Positions 1-9,561 of a stretch of 64,000 nt of DNA are shown here, piece by piece. Positions within the stretch are counted from its first letter, which is position 1. The number at the start of each line of letters is the position of its first letter. The notes beneath the pieces are model-generated. The model did not search any database, was not told where the DNA came from, and saw only the letters and a program-made list of their open reading frames with translations. The DNA is taken from the NCBI GenBank assembly GCA_964199315.1, contig OZ116698.1, forward strand, positions 11,222,001 to 11,286,000. The letters run 5' to 3'. The translations under genes were made by a program, and so were the position numbers. Source of the DNA: Orbicella franksi. Lineage: Eukaryota.

Positions 1-571
1 CAAACCAGAATGTATCTTTGGACACTTTGACATTTGAAAATATATTGTTTGGAGTGTTCAACAACAACGAAGACTTTATTATCCTGAATCACTTGATACT
101 GCTAGGAAAGTTTTTTATTTATAAATGTAAATTAAATAAAATTAAACCAACATTAACAATATTTTTAGCAAAGACAAAAACCGTTTATTACATTGAAAAA
201 AAAATAGCTACCAAAAATAACCAACTTTATAAACATTACAAAAAGTGGGAAAAACTAATGCCATCTCTTAATAATAGTTGAGCTTAATTTGTAATTTCTC
301 CTTCTCAGCATGTCACTAACTTACTTTCTTTTTTTTTTTTTTTTCTCTGTATTTGGGTAGCTGCACTATTGTAAACAACACATTGTATATTCTTTAGGTA
401 TAATTAGGCTACGATTAGTAATTATAATTTGTTGTATGTAATCTATTGTAGTTATGACGTATTGTAAGTATTGTAACTAGTGTTATGTCTTGTGTTGTAT
501 TGTATGTATTATAACCCAAAATGTTGAAAAAAAAATAAAAATTACAAAAAAAAAAAAAAAAAAAAAAAAAA
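1..571 (+). mobile_element. 3' end of an L1/Tx1-clade non-LTR retrotransposon (ORF2 C-terminal remnant 18-281, 3' UTR, poly-A tail)
   Basis: ORF 18-281 (ENILFGV...LNHLILLGKFFIYKCK...EKKIATKNNQLYKHYKKWEKL) resembles the post-RT C-terminus of L1/Tx1 ORF2. It is followed by a T/TGT-rich UTR, AATAAA at 534-539 and a 26-nt A run at 546-571. The family call is from recalled similarity. Confidence 0.8.
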
Positions 572-782
572 GCGAAATAAAGGAGAGAAAGAGGCTTAGT
601 GCGAGGAGAGAACGAACGCCAGGGGCAAACTTAACAAGTCGTGGTATACCCTCCGATTGGTCAATTTTGACAGGTTTTTTCAACGCTCGAGGGCTATTGA
701 CATAGATCAGAGATGAGATATGGAAGCGGTTAAAGCACGGTCACACAAGTATTCAAATCTGTGAACAACGCGCTTGCAGATC

Positions 783-905
783 TACCCTGGTCCCAGAGGT
801 TTTACTTGATTTTTCTTTTCGCGACTCGTGTTTTCACTGCTTTGCGGCTCTCTAGCAGCTCTCTCATGCGGAGAAAAATTAAGCAAAACCTCTGGGACCA
901 GGGTA
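783..905. mobile_element. 123-bp MITE with 17-bp TIRs and 9-bp TSD (Mutator-like TSD length)
   Basis: TIRs TACCCTGGTCCCAGAGG / CCTCTGGGACCAGGGTA. Direct repeat TTGCAGATC at 774-782 and 906-914. Confidence 0.8.
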
Positions 906-1009
906 TTGCAGATCTGTCGCCTGGCGAGTCCTCTTTACATACAGTAGCACTCAGGTCACGCAAAAGTAGAAATATAAGGATTTGTATGGGAAAACGTTTA
1001 TATTCTTAA

Positions 1010-1229
1010 GGGCCCATTAATCCCGATAAGGTAATTTGCCTGGGAGCCTTTACATTTTTTCTGTATTAGTCACATGACCATGGGCGTGGCCTGATGAAGT
1101 CATCACTAGTGTTACTGATCATGAAAAAGTTAAAACACATGAAATAAATCTGAACTAACTAAAAATAATGAGGTTATATGAGAATAAATTTTCCTTAGCA
1201 ACGGCTCAAAAAGATCGGTTAATGGGCCC
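1010..1229. mobile_element. MITE with TTAA target duplication (Kolobok- or Harbinger-like)
   Basis: Termini GGGCCCATTAATCCCGAT / ATCGGTTAATGGGCCC, flanked by TTAA at 1006-1009 and 1230-1233. Confidence 0.7.
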
Positions 1230-1631
1230 TTAAGCCTTAAAGATACGAAGTAATATACGATGGTATTTCAAACAGGAAATTTAAGACAAGGTGTACAAGG
1301 AGGAATCTTCCTATCTTTACCGACAACAACGGCTACACCAGCTCTCTCCAAACCTCTGGCAATATCCTTCAGTGATAACTACAAAAAACAGGTTAATTGT
1401 CATTTTGATGACTGTCGTATTGTACTAAGTTATTTATAAATAATTTGTGTTGGCTACGAAACTAGTGCAAATGGAAATTTTTAGGCTTCAAACACTGAAA
1501 CATTTGGAGATTGAAAGCAATATTGTGTTAAAATGGAAATGTACAAAGTGTAATTTTGATAGGTAACCATCATTTAGACAAGATTTGACCAGGTTTCCAT
1601 TTTCTGGTATCAAAATATTTTGCGATCAATG

Positions 1632-2309
1632 TCATTGTAGAGTGTATGGTTTCCAATCAAAAGTTTCCATCACCTCAACCCCTTTGTCTCGCATGCACTG
1701 CACTGCTTTTTCAACAGGCGAAATCATTTCAACATCAGCACCACCACAAGCGCAATGCGGATTGCGTGACGGTTCAACATCACCAAAATCCATGTACAAC
1801 TGTAGACAACTGGGGCACCTTGGAACGTAATTACGTTTTCTAGCTCCACACAAACTTAGATCCACTATAACTTGCAGACCTTTACTAGCAAAAGCCGTCT
1901 GAGTTCGCATAGCACTGACTCGCACACAGCTTGTAGTTGTGCAGCCACCCATCACTAAAGTATTGGTTCCCTGTTTGAGCAATTCCTGCTCAACCCATTC
2001 TCTGAAACCCTTGGCGTCCATGGCAGATGTGTTGGGTTTAATAACATATCGCTGATTTTTATCGACTACAGAAGCTACACTGTCCTGAAGTTCAAAGTCG
2101 CTGCCTCCAAATGGGCAACGAGTCATCAGCGTTGGCACATTGTTTAATCCAGAGCGTAGAAGCTTCGCACAATTTTGAAAACTGCTCTTGATCGGTTCAA
2201 CCTCTTCGTCTGGTAAATAAGCCCGCCATATTCCGTCCACAAACGCTCGTTGTAGGTCAATAAGCAGTAATCCAACTGGTCTTGGCACAGAGGCCGCATG
2301 GAAGGCCAT
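1632..2309 (-). CDS. Isochorismatase-like (cysteine hydrolase superfamily) protein, 225 aa, intronless
   Basis: Uninterrupted ORF with the Asp-Lys-Cys triad context: LLLIDLQ (Asp), YVIKPNTSAM (Lys), LVMGGCTTTSCVRVS (Cys), then VIVDLSLCG. A C-terminal Cys-rich insert reads CPSC...PHCAC. Confidence 0.85.
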   Translation of the reverse strand: MAFHAASVPRPVGLLLIDLQRAFVDGIWRAYLPDEEVEPIKSSFQNCAKLLRSGLNNVPTLMTRCPFGGSDFELQDSVASVVDKNQRYVIKPNTSAMDAKGFREWVEQELLKQGTNTLVMGGCTTTSCVRVSAMRTQTAFASKGLQVIVDLSLCGARKRNYVPRCPSCLQLYMDFGDVEPSRNPHCACGGADVEMISPVEKAVQCMRDKGVEVMETFDWKPYTLQ

Positions 2310-2349
2310 TGACTCTCGACTTTAGTTACAACAGACTGTAAACGACCAC

Positions 2350-2390
2350 TCCGTTTTTCCGGAATCTCTTCATCATGTCGCCATCTTGGA
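2350..2390 (-). promoter_or_regulatory. Putative core promoter of the hydrolase gene (YY1-like AAGATGGCG, ETS-like TTCCGG)
   Basis: CGCCATCTT at 2379-2387 (AAGATGGCG on minus) and TTCCGGAA near 2357-2364, 45-80 bp upstream of the ATG. These are motif matches only. Confidence 0.35.
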
Positions 2391-2589
2391 TTCAGGATAT
2401 CTTAGTACCAGATCCCGCCCGTTGAGAGCCCACCGTCGGCACGGTCCCCTCGGGGAATCTGGAACTGGGTGGAGGCTGGTGACTTGCAATCAACGTCAAG
2501 ACAATCACAATAAACATGTGTTTGAATAACTTTATCAGGCGCCCCTTCCTATTTAGGCTTCTTACCTATCGTCTCCTTTTCCAAAACGA

Positions 2590-2796
2590 AGTTAAACTAC
2601 GTGTGTCTTATTATTTTGGGTGGCCGTTAAATAGGGGTAAGGACAATAAGGGAACTTGCCCTCATCGGGACGACCAAAATGTCGCTGCTGCTGCTTTATA
2701 GAGGTGGTCGGCTAATAGGGGTTTCGTCTGCAGTATTTCACTGACAATGATTTCGGGACTTCGAGAACTGGCCGCTTAATAGAAGTTCGACTGTAA
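2590..2796. mobile_element. One-ended remnant of a Tc1/mariner (pogo-like) MITE
   Basis: Ends in GGCCGCTTAATAGAAGTTCGACTG-TA, resembling the right TIR of the complete element at 59919-60358. No matching left end is seen. Confidence 0.5.
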
Positions 2797-2994
2797 AAGA
2801 GTTTGCTGTACTATTTCAGCTATTTAGGCATCCGAGGTTGCTGGAGCAATTTCGGATGCAAGAAGTGCAAAACTTCGTGATTTCACTTAGCCAGGAATAA
2901 AAAGAAAAAGAAATTACCCGATTCATTGTCTGCTTTCCTTTTGTCTTTAAGTTTCGTTTAAATGCATTTTCAAATACCCAACATTCATCATATC

Positions 2995-3456
2995 ATATAC
3001 AGGCAAAAACTAACGATAGATAAATCCGACGTTTCGGCGACATCTTGGCGCCATTGTCAAGGGAAACTAATTAAATATGCGATTTCAAGAGTAACTAAGA
3101 GTTCAGAGTTTCTAATTTGCATAAGTTAGACAAAGACTTTAGCGCGAACTGAGTCTGATTGTACATTTAAACACGGTCGTAATTGAAAAAATGCCACAAC
3201 AAGTTTGATTGTCTCATTAATGAGATGTTACACATTAAACAATTACGACCGTGTTTAAATGTACAATCAGACTCAGTTCGCGCTAAAGTCTTTGTCTAAC
3301 TTATGCAAATTAGAAACTCTGAACTCTTAGTTACTCTTGAAATCGCATATTTAATTAGTTTCCCTTGACAATGGCGCCAAGATGTCGCCGAAACGTCGGA
3401 TTTATCTATCGTTAGTTTTTGCCTGTATATGTTTATCTAAATCATTGTTGATTAGA
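2995..3456 (+). mobile_element. 5'-truncated Penelope-like retroelement with inverted terminal duplication (perfect 192-bp hairpin) and 12-bp TSD
   Basis: Arms 2994-3185 and 3240-3431 are exact reverse complements around a 54-nt spacer. Positions 3186-3299 translate to KKCHNKFDCLINEMLHIKQLRPCLNVQSDSVRAKVFV*, typical of the C-terminus of Penelope GIY-YIG endonucleases. Direct repeat ATTCATCATATC at 2983-2994 and 3457-3468. Confidence 0.85.
3362..3399 (+). ncRNA. Minimal type-I hammerhead-ribozyme-like motif, U3-A8 core variant (mirror copy on minus at 3026-3063)
   Basis: CC-UUGACAA-U-GGCG(ccaagaugu)CGCC-GAAA-CGUC-GG: core variant UUGAnAA, stem II GGCG/CGCC, GAAA, palindromic ACGU stem III and a GUC cleavage triplet. 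It sits in a Penelope-type terminal repeat, where minimal hammerheads are known to occur. Confidence 0.55.
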
Positions 3457-3642
3457 ATTCATCATATCGTTTTGTAAAACGTCTTCAAACAACTTTCCAA
3501 ATCACAAGGAATCTTTGTCAACTTCATGTGATAGGGAAGCTTAAACTGATTTACAATTGTTGTTGTTATAGTTTGCTATTGTTGTTATAGTTTGTTATAG
3601 TATGCTTTCGGGTTATCTAAGTAACAACAGCAATTGCTGCAA

Positions 3643-3960
3643 CCTGTGCGGCCAGTAAGTTTTTTTCGCCCGAAATAAGAGGCCTCGCCCACCATTAAGA
3701 AGGACGAATTTTTGGAATGTACATTAATAATATATGGAATTTTAGAATGTTAAATTTTAATTAATATAACATTATAATTAAGGCGTTTCTCAGGACAACA
3801 TATACTCTTTTTATTTCCTTTTGCCAATATTTCAATTTTAATTTTTTACGAGAATCTTATAATACTATTAATGAAAATTTTTAGGCAGAGTTAATGCAGT
3901 GTCCCCAATTAGCCCACACGGGCTAAATACATTGACACTTAAATAGAGTTCTTACTTTCT
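3643..3960 (+). repeat. Retroposon 3'-end fragment, copy 1 (second copy inverted at ~62595-62925)
   Basis: About 320 bp alignable by eye to the reverse complement of 62595-62925. It ends in GTGTCCCCAATTAGCCCACACGGGCTAAATACATTGACACTTAAATA(G/A)AG plus a TTCTTAC tail, i.e. stem-loop, poly-A-signal-like motif and short tandem tail. Confidence 0.75.
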
Positions 3961-6110
3961 TGCTAATCGAGCGATCTGACAGTGTTATAAAGACTTTATG
4001 AGGAAAGTTAGCCTTTTCGTTCCCCGAGGGGGGGGGGGGGACTATCATAATGTGCCACTGGACAGGATACGTTTTTTGGCTGCCCTGAACAGGCCATTTA
4101 TGCTGTTCTAAATTGCATATGGTTGTACCATTGCTACCGTTACTGGTTTATGCAGTACTCGGCAATCCGAGATGGAATACGTTTTCCGGTCTTTAGCAGG
4201 TCATCAGTCGACAGCAAAACCTCCACACCCAAGCATGGGTCTTGACACACCCGGACCTCGTTTACGCTTATGCGGTTATCACAAGATAAGCTACAATCTT
4301 TAATTGAGTACTCCTAAAACAGTTTGAGCATAATCATGAGGAAATTCGAGACTGAACTAGAGTGAGATAAGGGCAAGCCCAATAAAAGTTAGTTTTTCCT
4401 TTTCTTGTTCTCATTTCACCAGCGTGAACAGCTTAAAATTAACAGAAGCAAAATGATCCTCCGAAGCTATCGTCACCAGATCTCTTCCAAAGCTACTAAG
4501 CATGTTTCGCTATCGGAAAGTTAAGTTTATTTTTTGCCCAAAGTAAAGCAAAGCAAACATCGCTCTGCTACATTGATCTTTAAATCTTTGACAAGTTACC
4601 CTTAAAACAGTGTAAATAACTAAACCAGGAGAATCGCGCAAATCGCGTTAATAAATTCTGTCACTGCTAAGAAAAAGGGTTTTGGCTACGCCATATGGTA
4701 CAATTTAGCTTCATACCAAGCGCATGCGTCATGAGATACTCTGGGATGAGGCACTCTCCTCCCCAGTGCTACTCGTCTTCGCCGGCCACGTGACCAAAAG
4801 ACGGAGGCTCTGTGGACCAGAAAAGGGTGACCGTGTGAAAATTCGACTTTCCCCTCGACGATACACTCCTGTTTTCACGCAAAACCTTCCTTTTTCCTTC
4901 TCCGGTTTCTCATTTGCAGGTCCATGCTGGAGCAGAGATACCTCGAGCCATCAGCCCTTACGACTTTCAGTACATTGTCTATTACAAAATTCATGTCCAA
5001 ACTTACAAACACGTAAATATATATTTTAATTGCAAAAATATATTATTCATAAATAAACTTATTTGTTATTGATAAAACTACGCTAATCATCGAGATCAAA
5101 TGAATCAGATAGTTTTCTTCAAAAACATCAAGGCAACATTAAACCAAAGGTTTCAATTCAAGAAAAGGTAAGAGTAATGCCTTTCGAAATGTACAAACGC
5201 ATTTACTGATACTTTAAAAAGTACGATCTCTTAAAATGGCAAATTCTTAGAATTAGCAGATCAAACCCCGGAGGAGAAACATGAAATCCAGTTTTTATGG
5301 TGAATGGGATTTGTGCAAATTTTCCACCTGAATACCAACATTAAACCACAAAAAAATCTAAAACATTTGGCGCAAACACGTTTCACGTTTCACTACTGTT
5401 AACATGTCTAGGAAATCTACAAAAAAAAGACCATAGCTCCTCTAGGATTTGATCTACAAAATGTTTCAAAATGTACCTTAGAGTAGTCCAATAAGAACGC
5501 CACAGAAAAGGCTCAATAAGCCCAGAGAACAAGTTCCCCGTTTGGAAGAATCATTGACGTAGTCATAGACAGCCGAAGGGCTGACGATGCTGATTGACCA
5601 GTCAGAAAGCAGGCTGAGTAATTACATGCACTATAAAAATATTCATGTTAAGGGCATATGTCAAGATATAAGCTATATTGTGGCCACTGACCATTACAGT
5701 AAAAGCAACAATCTCTATGGAAAATGGCCCTTTCTTCATTATGGAATCATAGCAAGATTCTGCTAGTGATTTAAAACATAAGCCTCATGAAAAAAGTATG
5801 GTCTAGAGGACATAAAGTTTAGGCCAATACCTTTTGAGACAATGATCAGAGCTAAAATGGAGTCTCACATAATTCAGCCTCTCCTATAATTTATTACTGA
5901 TCAGTCACGTATTAGCAAAATGCAGATTGCAGATATCAATGCATTTGCCCAAGGTGACAGCTTTGATACAGCTACTTAACAATTAATAATAAGGATGACT
6001 CTAGGCATCCAGGTAGAATTAAACCACTCAACTGGGCTGTCAATCAAGAATGTGATATCTCATTACTGCTTAATCTTCAAATACATGTAAATTGCCCTTT
6101 GTAGGCCTAA

Positions 6111-6349
6111 GGCCTAGTTCACACCTGCAACATAACAACATAATGACAGAAACATAACGACATAGGAAGGACATTATGTCATTATGTTTGCAGTGTGAAT
6201 ATCTTGACATAATAGCAAAATAACAGTATCAACGTGACATAAGGAAAACACTGATTGTTCCCTGATGTCTTTATGTTGATCTTCACATTACCTACATAAG
6301 TGATTATGTTGTTATTTCATGTTGTTTTGTCGCTAGTGTGACCTAGACC
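6111..6349. mobile_element. PIF/Harbinger (Tourist-like) MITE
   Basis: Termini GGCCTAGTTCACAC / GTGTGACCTAGACC, with TAA at 6108-6110 and 6350-6352. The interior carries ACATAA/TTATGT sub-repeats. Confidence 0.7.
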
Positions 6350-6453
6350 TAAGATATCACCATTTACTAACAAGGAGTCAACAATGGTAATTCATTGCAG
6401 TTATTACAATTATAGAACAAATATTCTTTAAGTACAATGGAATGTTCAATAAA

Positions 6454-6615
6454 AATTTTAAACATAACAGAACTTGTGAAGGAATATCAACACGCTAATT
6501 CTGAGTACAAATATATTCCTTCCTAAGCATATTGGAACTGCTTAATTTTAAACATAACAGAACTTGTCAAGGAATATTAACACTCTAAATTATTCTGAAT
6601 ACACATATATTCCTA
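6454..6615. repeat. Local tandem duplication, ~90-bp period
   Basis: AATTTTAAACATAACAGAACTTGT(G/C)AAGGAATAT(C/T)AACAC...TTCTGA(G/A)TACA(A/C)ATATATTCCT occurs twice. Confidence 0.8.
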
Positions 6616-8626
6616 ACCATTCGTCACCTTTTTGTTATCTTTTCTTAGAATACAACAGAATGTGTATGATCATTTTCACATAACATTTTACCTTAATACA
6701 AAAACACAAGCACAATCTTCATGTGCATTTGACACGAAAAAGACAATTTCTTTAACTGTAGCATGCCTACAGGTTCAATTAGAAGCAACTCATAAAAATT
6801 AAGCCCTTCATAAAGCTGCAGATCACAATTTAAACAGTTTAATAAATATTCTAGAAGAGTAACTCACTTAAATCTCAAAGCAAGAACGTTATTTATAGTT
6901 GTTGAGGCAGGGAGGGGGCAGGGGCCATGCAGAAAAAAAAGCCTTGGGAGGGCTATGGAAGGTTTGAGGGGAAAAGCCAGGAAATGAGAATTCTAAGGAG
7001 GCACAGAGGCCCAATGTGCGGACACACATGATGAGGATTGATGATGACAATGATGACTATGATGAGAGGAGTACAAAAAAAATGTCTCCACTAGTGAGAC
7101 TTCAGTCATAAAATTAGTTCCAAGTTATTTATATTGAAACCCTGAAGTTTGGAGGGTGGGGTATTTGAAGTGGGAGAGAGGGGAGTACAACAAACAGGGG
7201 CTGCTGGACCCTGTCATTTAATATCTATCTTAATTTGGTAGATTTGATAATTTTTCAATCATAGGTCTGAGAAGGCATTAAATGAATACCTTCCACATAT
7301 ATATTATCTTAACCCTTTCAATCATGCCAAGGAGTGAGCAATCTCTAACAAACTTTTGTAGGGATGACAGGATAATTACAAACCTGATAACCTTGGGAAG
7401 TAATATCTGGACTAAAAACAAGACTATCCCCAAGACAAAATTTGCAAAATATACCAAAAGGTTATGGATAGAATTCCTAGAGTTGTGCCACAAAGCTGAC
7501 ATAAAAGCTTGAATTTAAAGACGTTTATGAATATAACCTGAACAATGCTGTGGTTATTTTCCCTTATACTATAAACAAGACTATGTATAGCTTAAGGGTA
7601 TAAAGTAATGATAAAAATATGAAGGGGATTCCCTTATGAAGAACTCAGCCTCATCCTGCCAGATGTAACAACAGGAAAGGACACAGAAATGCCAGTGGGT
7701 TCCCTGTGACAAATATTCTTAGACAGTTATATTTTAACTAACCAGCAATGAACAGCCAATCTTTGGATTTCAATTTGTAAGAGCCTTAGAAGAAATACAT
7801 GTATATGGGGTTTTCAGTGACCCAATTCCTCATTAATGCTTCCTTCATAAGCCAACCCTACCTGATCCACAGACAATGAAATATATTGACCCTAAAAATT
7901 GCCCAAAGATGTTTCAAGGGATACTAAAAGCAAACTTCAAACCCCTGAAAGAGTAAAACAACACACCAAAATAATGCAATAGGCATTATTCTTGTAAAAA
8001 AAACCTGAACATGTGATCACAAGCTTGTCACATTATTAAAAGGTAATCATGTCTAACAGTATTTTTGCTGCAAAAAGCATTTTATGAGGACTAACATTAA
8101 GTTCTCTCTAGTTCAACAAAAGAGATCATTTGTACCAGTTCCAAGTACACCATTTAAAACTATTCCTGGTTGAGGACTATGAAAGCTTCTTAGTAAACTG
8201 CTCAAAAGATGGGGTAAACCCCACGTGGTAGTTTACAAATATAATAATGTAACTTCCTTATTTGCAACTCTCCACTCTCAAAAAGGCCTGGTAACATTTT
8301 GGGCTTCAGCCACAAAATACTGTCACTTACAAGACAGACAGTTTACTGGCCACTAAAGAAATATTAAGTGACATTACAATAGTTTAAATGGTTTGAAATA
8401 TTATGCAAGAAGATATCAGCCTTCCCAATGAAAAAATTTAAAGAACTGGTAAGATACTCATTATCCACCACCATACCAGGGTCACATAACAACAAAAAAA
8501 ACAACTGTGGGAAGCCAGGTACTGGAAGTGAATTATTGGCAGTTTTTTGTTCTTTTCTCAGCTCCCCAAAATATGCACACAAAAATGGCAAGTTAGATTT
8601 TGGGGATAAAGATGATAATAAACAAT

Positions 8627-8980
8627 AATTATTGGATGAGGTTTTTGTGATATCCAGAATAATAAAGGTCGAGGTAGGGGTTATCAGCTGACGCTGAAGG
8701 CTGAGGCTGATAACCCTTACAGAGACCTTGATTATTCTGGATATCACAAAAACCGAATCTAATAATGAAAATAAAAAAATGGAGGTCACGTTTTTTTTTG
8801 CTTCTTCACTGATGGCAAGCAACACAAAGTGCACAAACTTGACATGATTACCCGTGACCTAGAGCGTCCTTGACATAATTATTGTATAATCTGCAGAGAT
8901 GACGTGACAGGCACTGATTTCAAAAATTCACTGTACGCTTTTGGCCAATCAGAAAAGAGATAGTGAGTTCGATGTATAAT
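8627..8980. mobile_element. Palindromic (foldback) interspersed repeat
   Basis: Near-perfect ~50-bp arms GTTTTTGTGATATCCAGAATAATAAAGGTC...GGGTTATCAGC / GCTGATAACCC...GACCTTGATTATTCTGGATATCACAAAAAC (8641-8753), plus a non-palindromic tail. Confidence 0.7.
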
Positions 8981-9561
8981 AAGTTAGATTATTGGTAACT
9001 TGATTCAAGCTTGGTATCAAATGACAAAAGCAATATGAATCTGGGTAAAAAGACAACAAACAGGCTGACACAGGCATTTGGAATAAGTGGGAAAATGAAA
9101 ATGAGTAACTAGAGAAAAAAGCCAGCACTTAAACATGTAGTAGACAAAGGCAAATCCTGGATACAGGCTGTAAGCCCTAACATGTAGTTAACTTAAGATC
9201 ATCACCCTTAAGCTTAACAAACTTGTCATTTGATTGGTAAAATACATATACACCTATAGGCAATATGCATCAGGAATGATTGACTGTGTATACAGTCTTA
9301 ATCTAGCACATCACTTATTTTACAACATTTTTGTCTCATTTCCTTCACATCAATCAAGAGTTCAGATGAAAAGAACACAAGCTTGCTTGCACTATAAAAC
9401 AAACAGACCCTTGTTGAATATGGTTAGTGTATGACCCTCATCCTATCTGATAATACTGTAGATACCTCAGGTTTGTAGTCTAATTAGAATTAACAACTGA
9501 TCATTACCTTTTCAGTGGTAACTACATGAGAGATGAAGCTGTGCAAAGGCTTCAAAGTCTT

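Noticed and set aside
483-705. Lys-rich / Phe-rich ORFs on both strands
   Set aside because: They are translations of the retrotransposon poly-A tail.
8364-8834. 156-aa minus-strand ORF
   Set aside because: It runs through the palindromic repeat at 8627-8770 and has no domain features, so it is a repeat-derived artefact.
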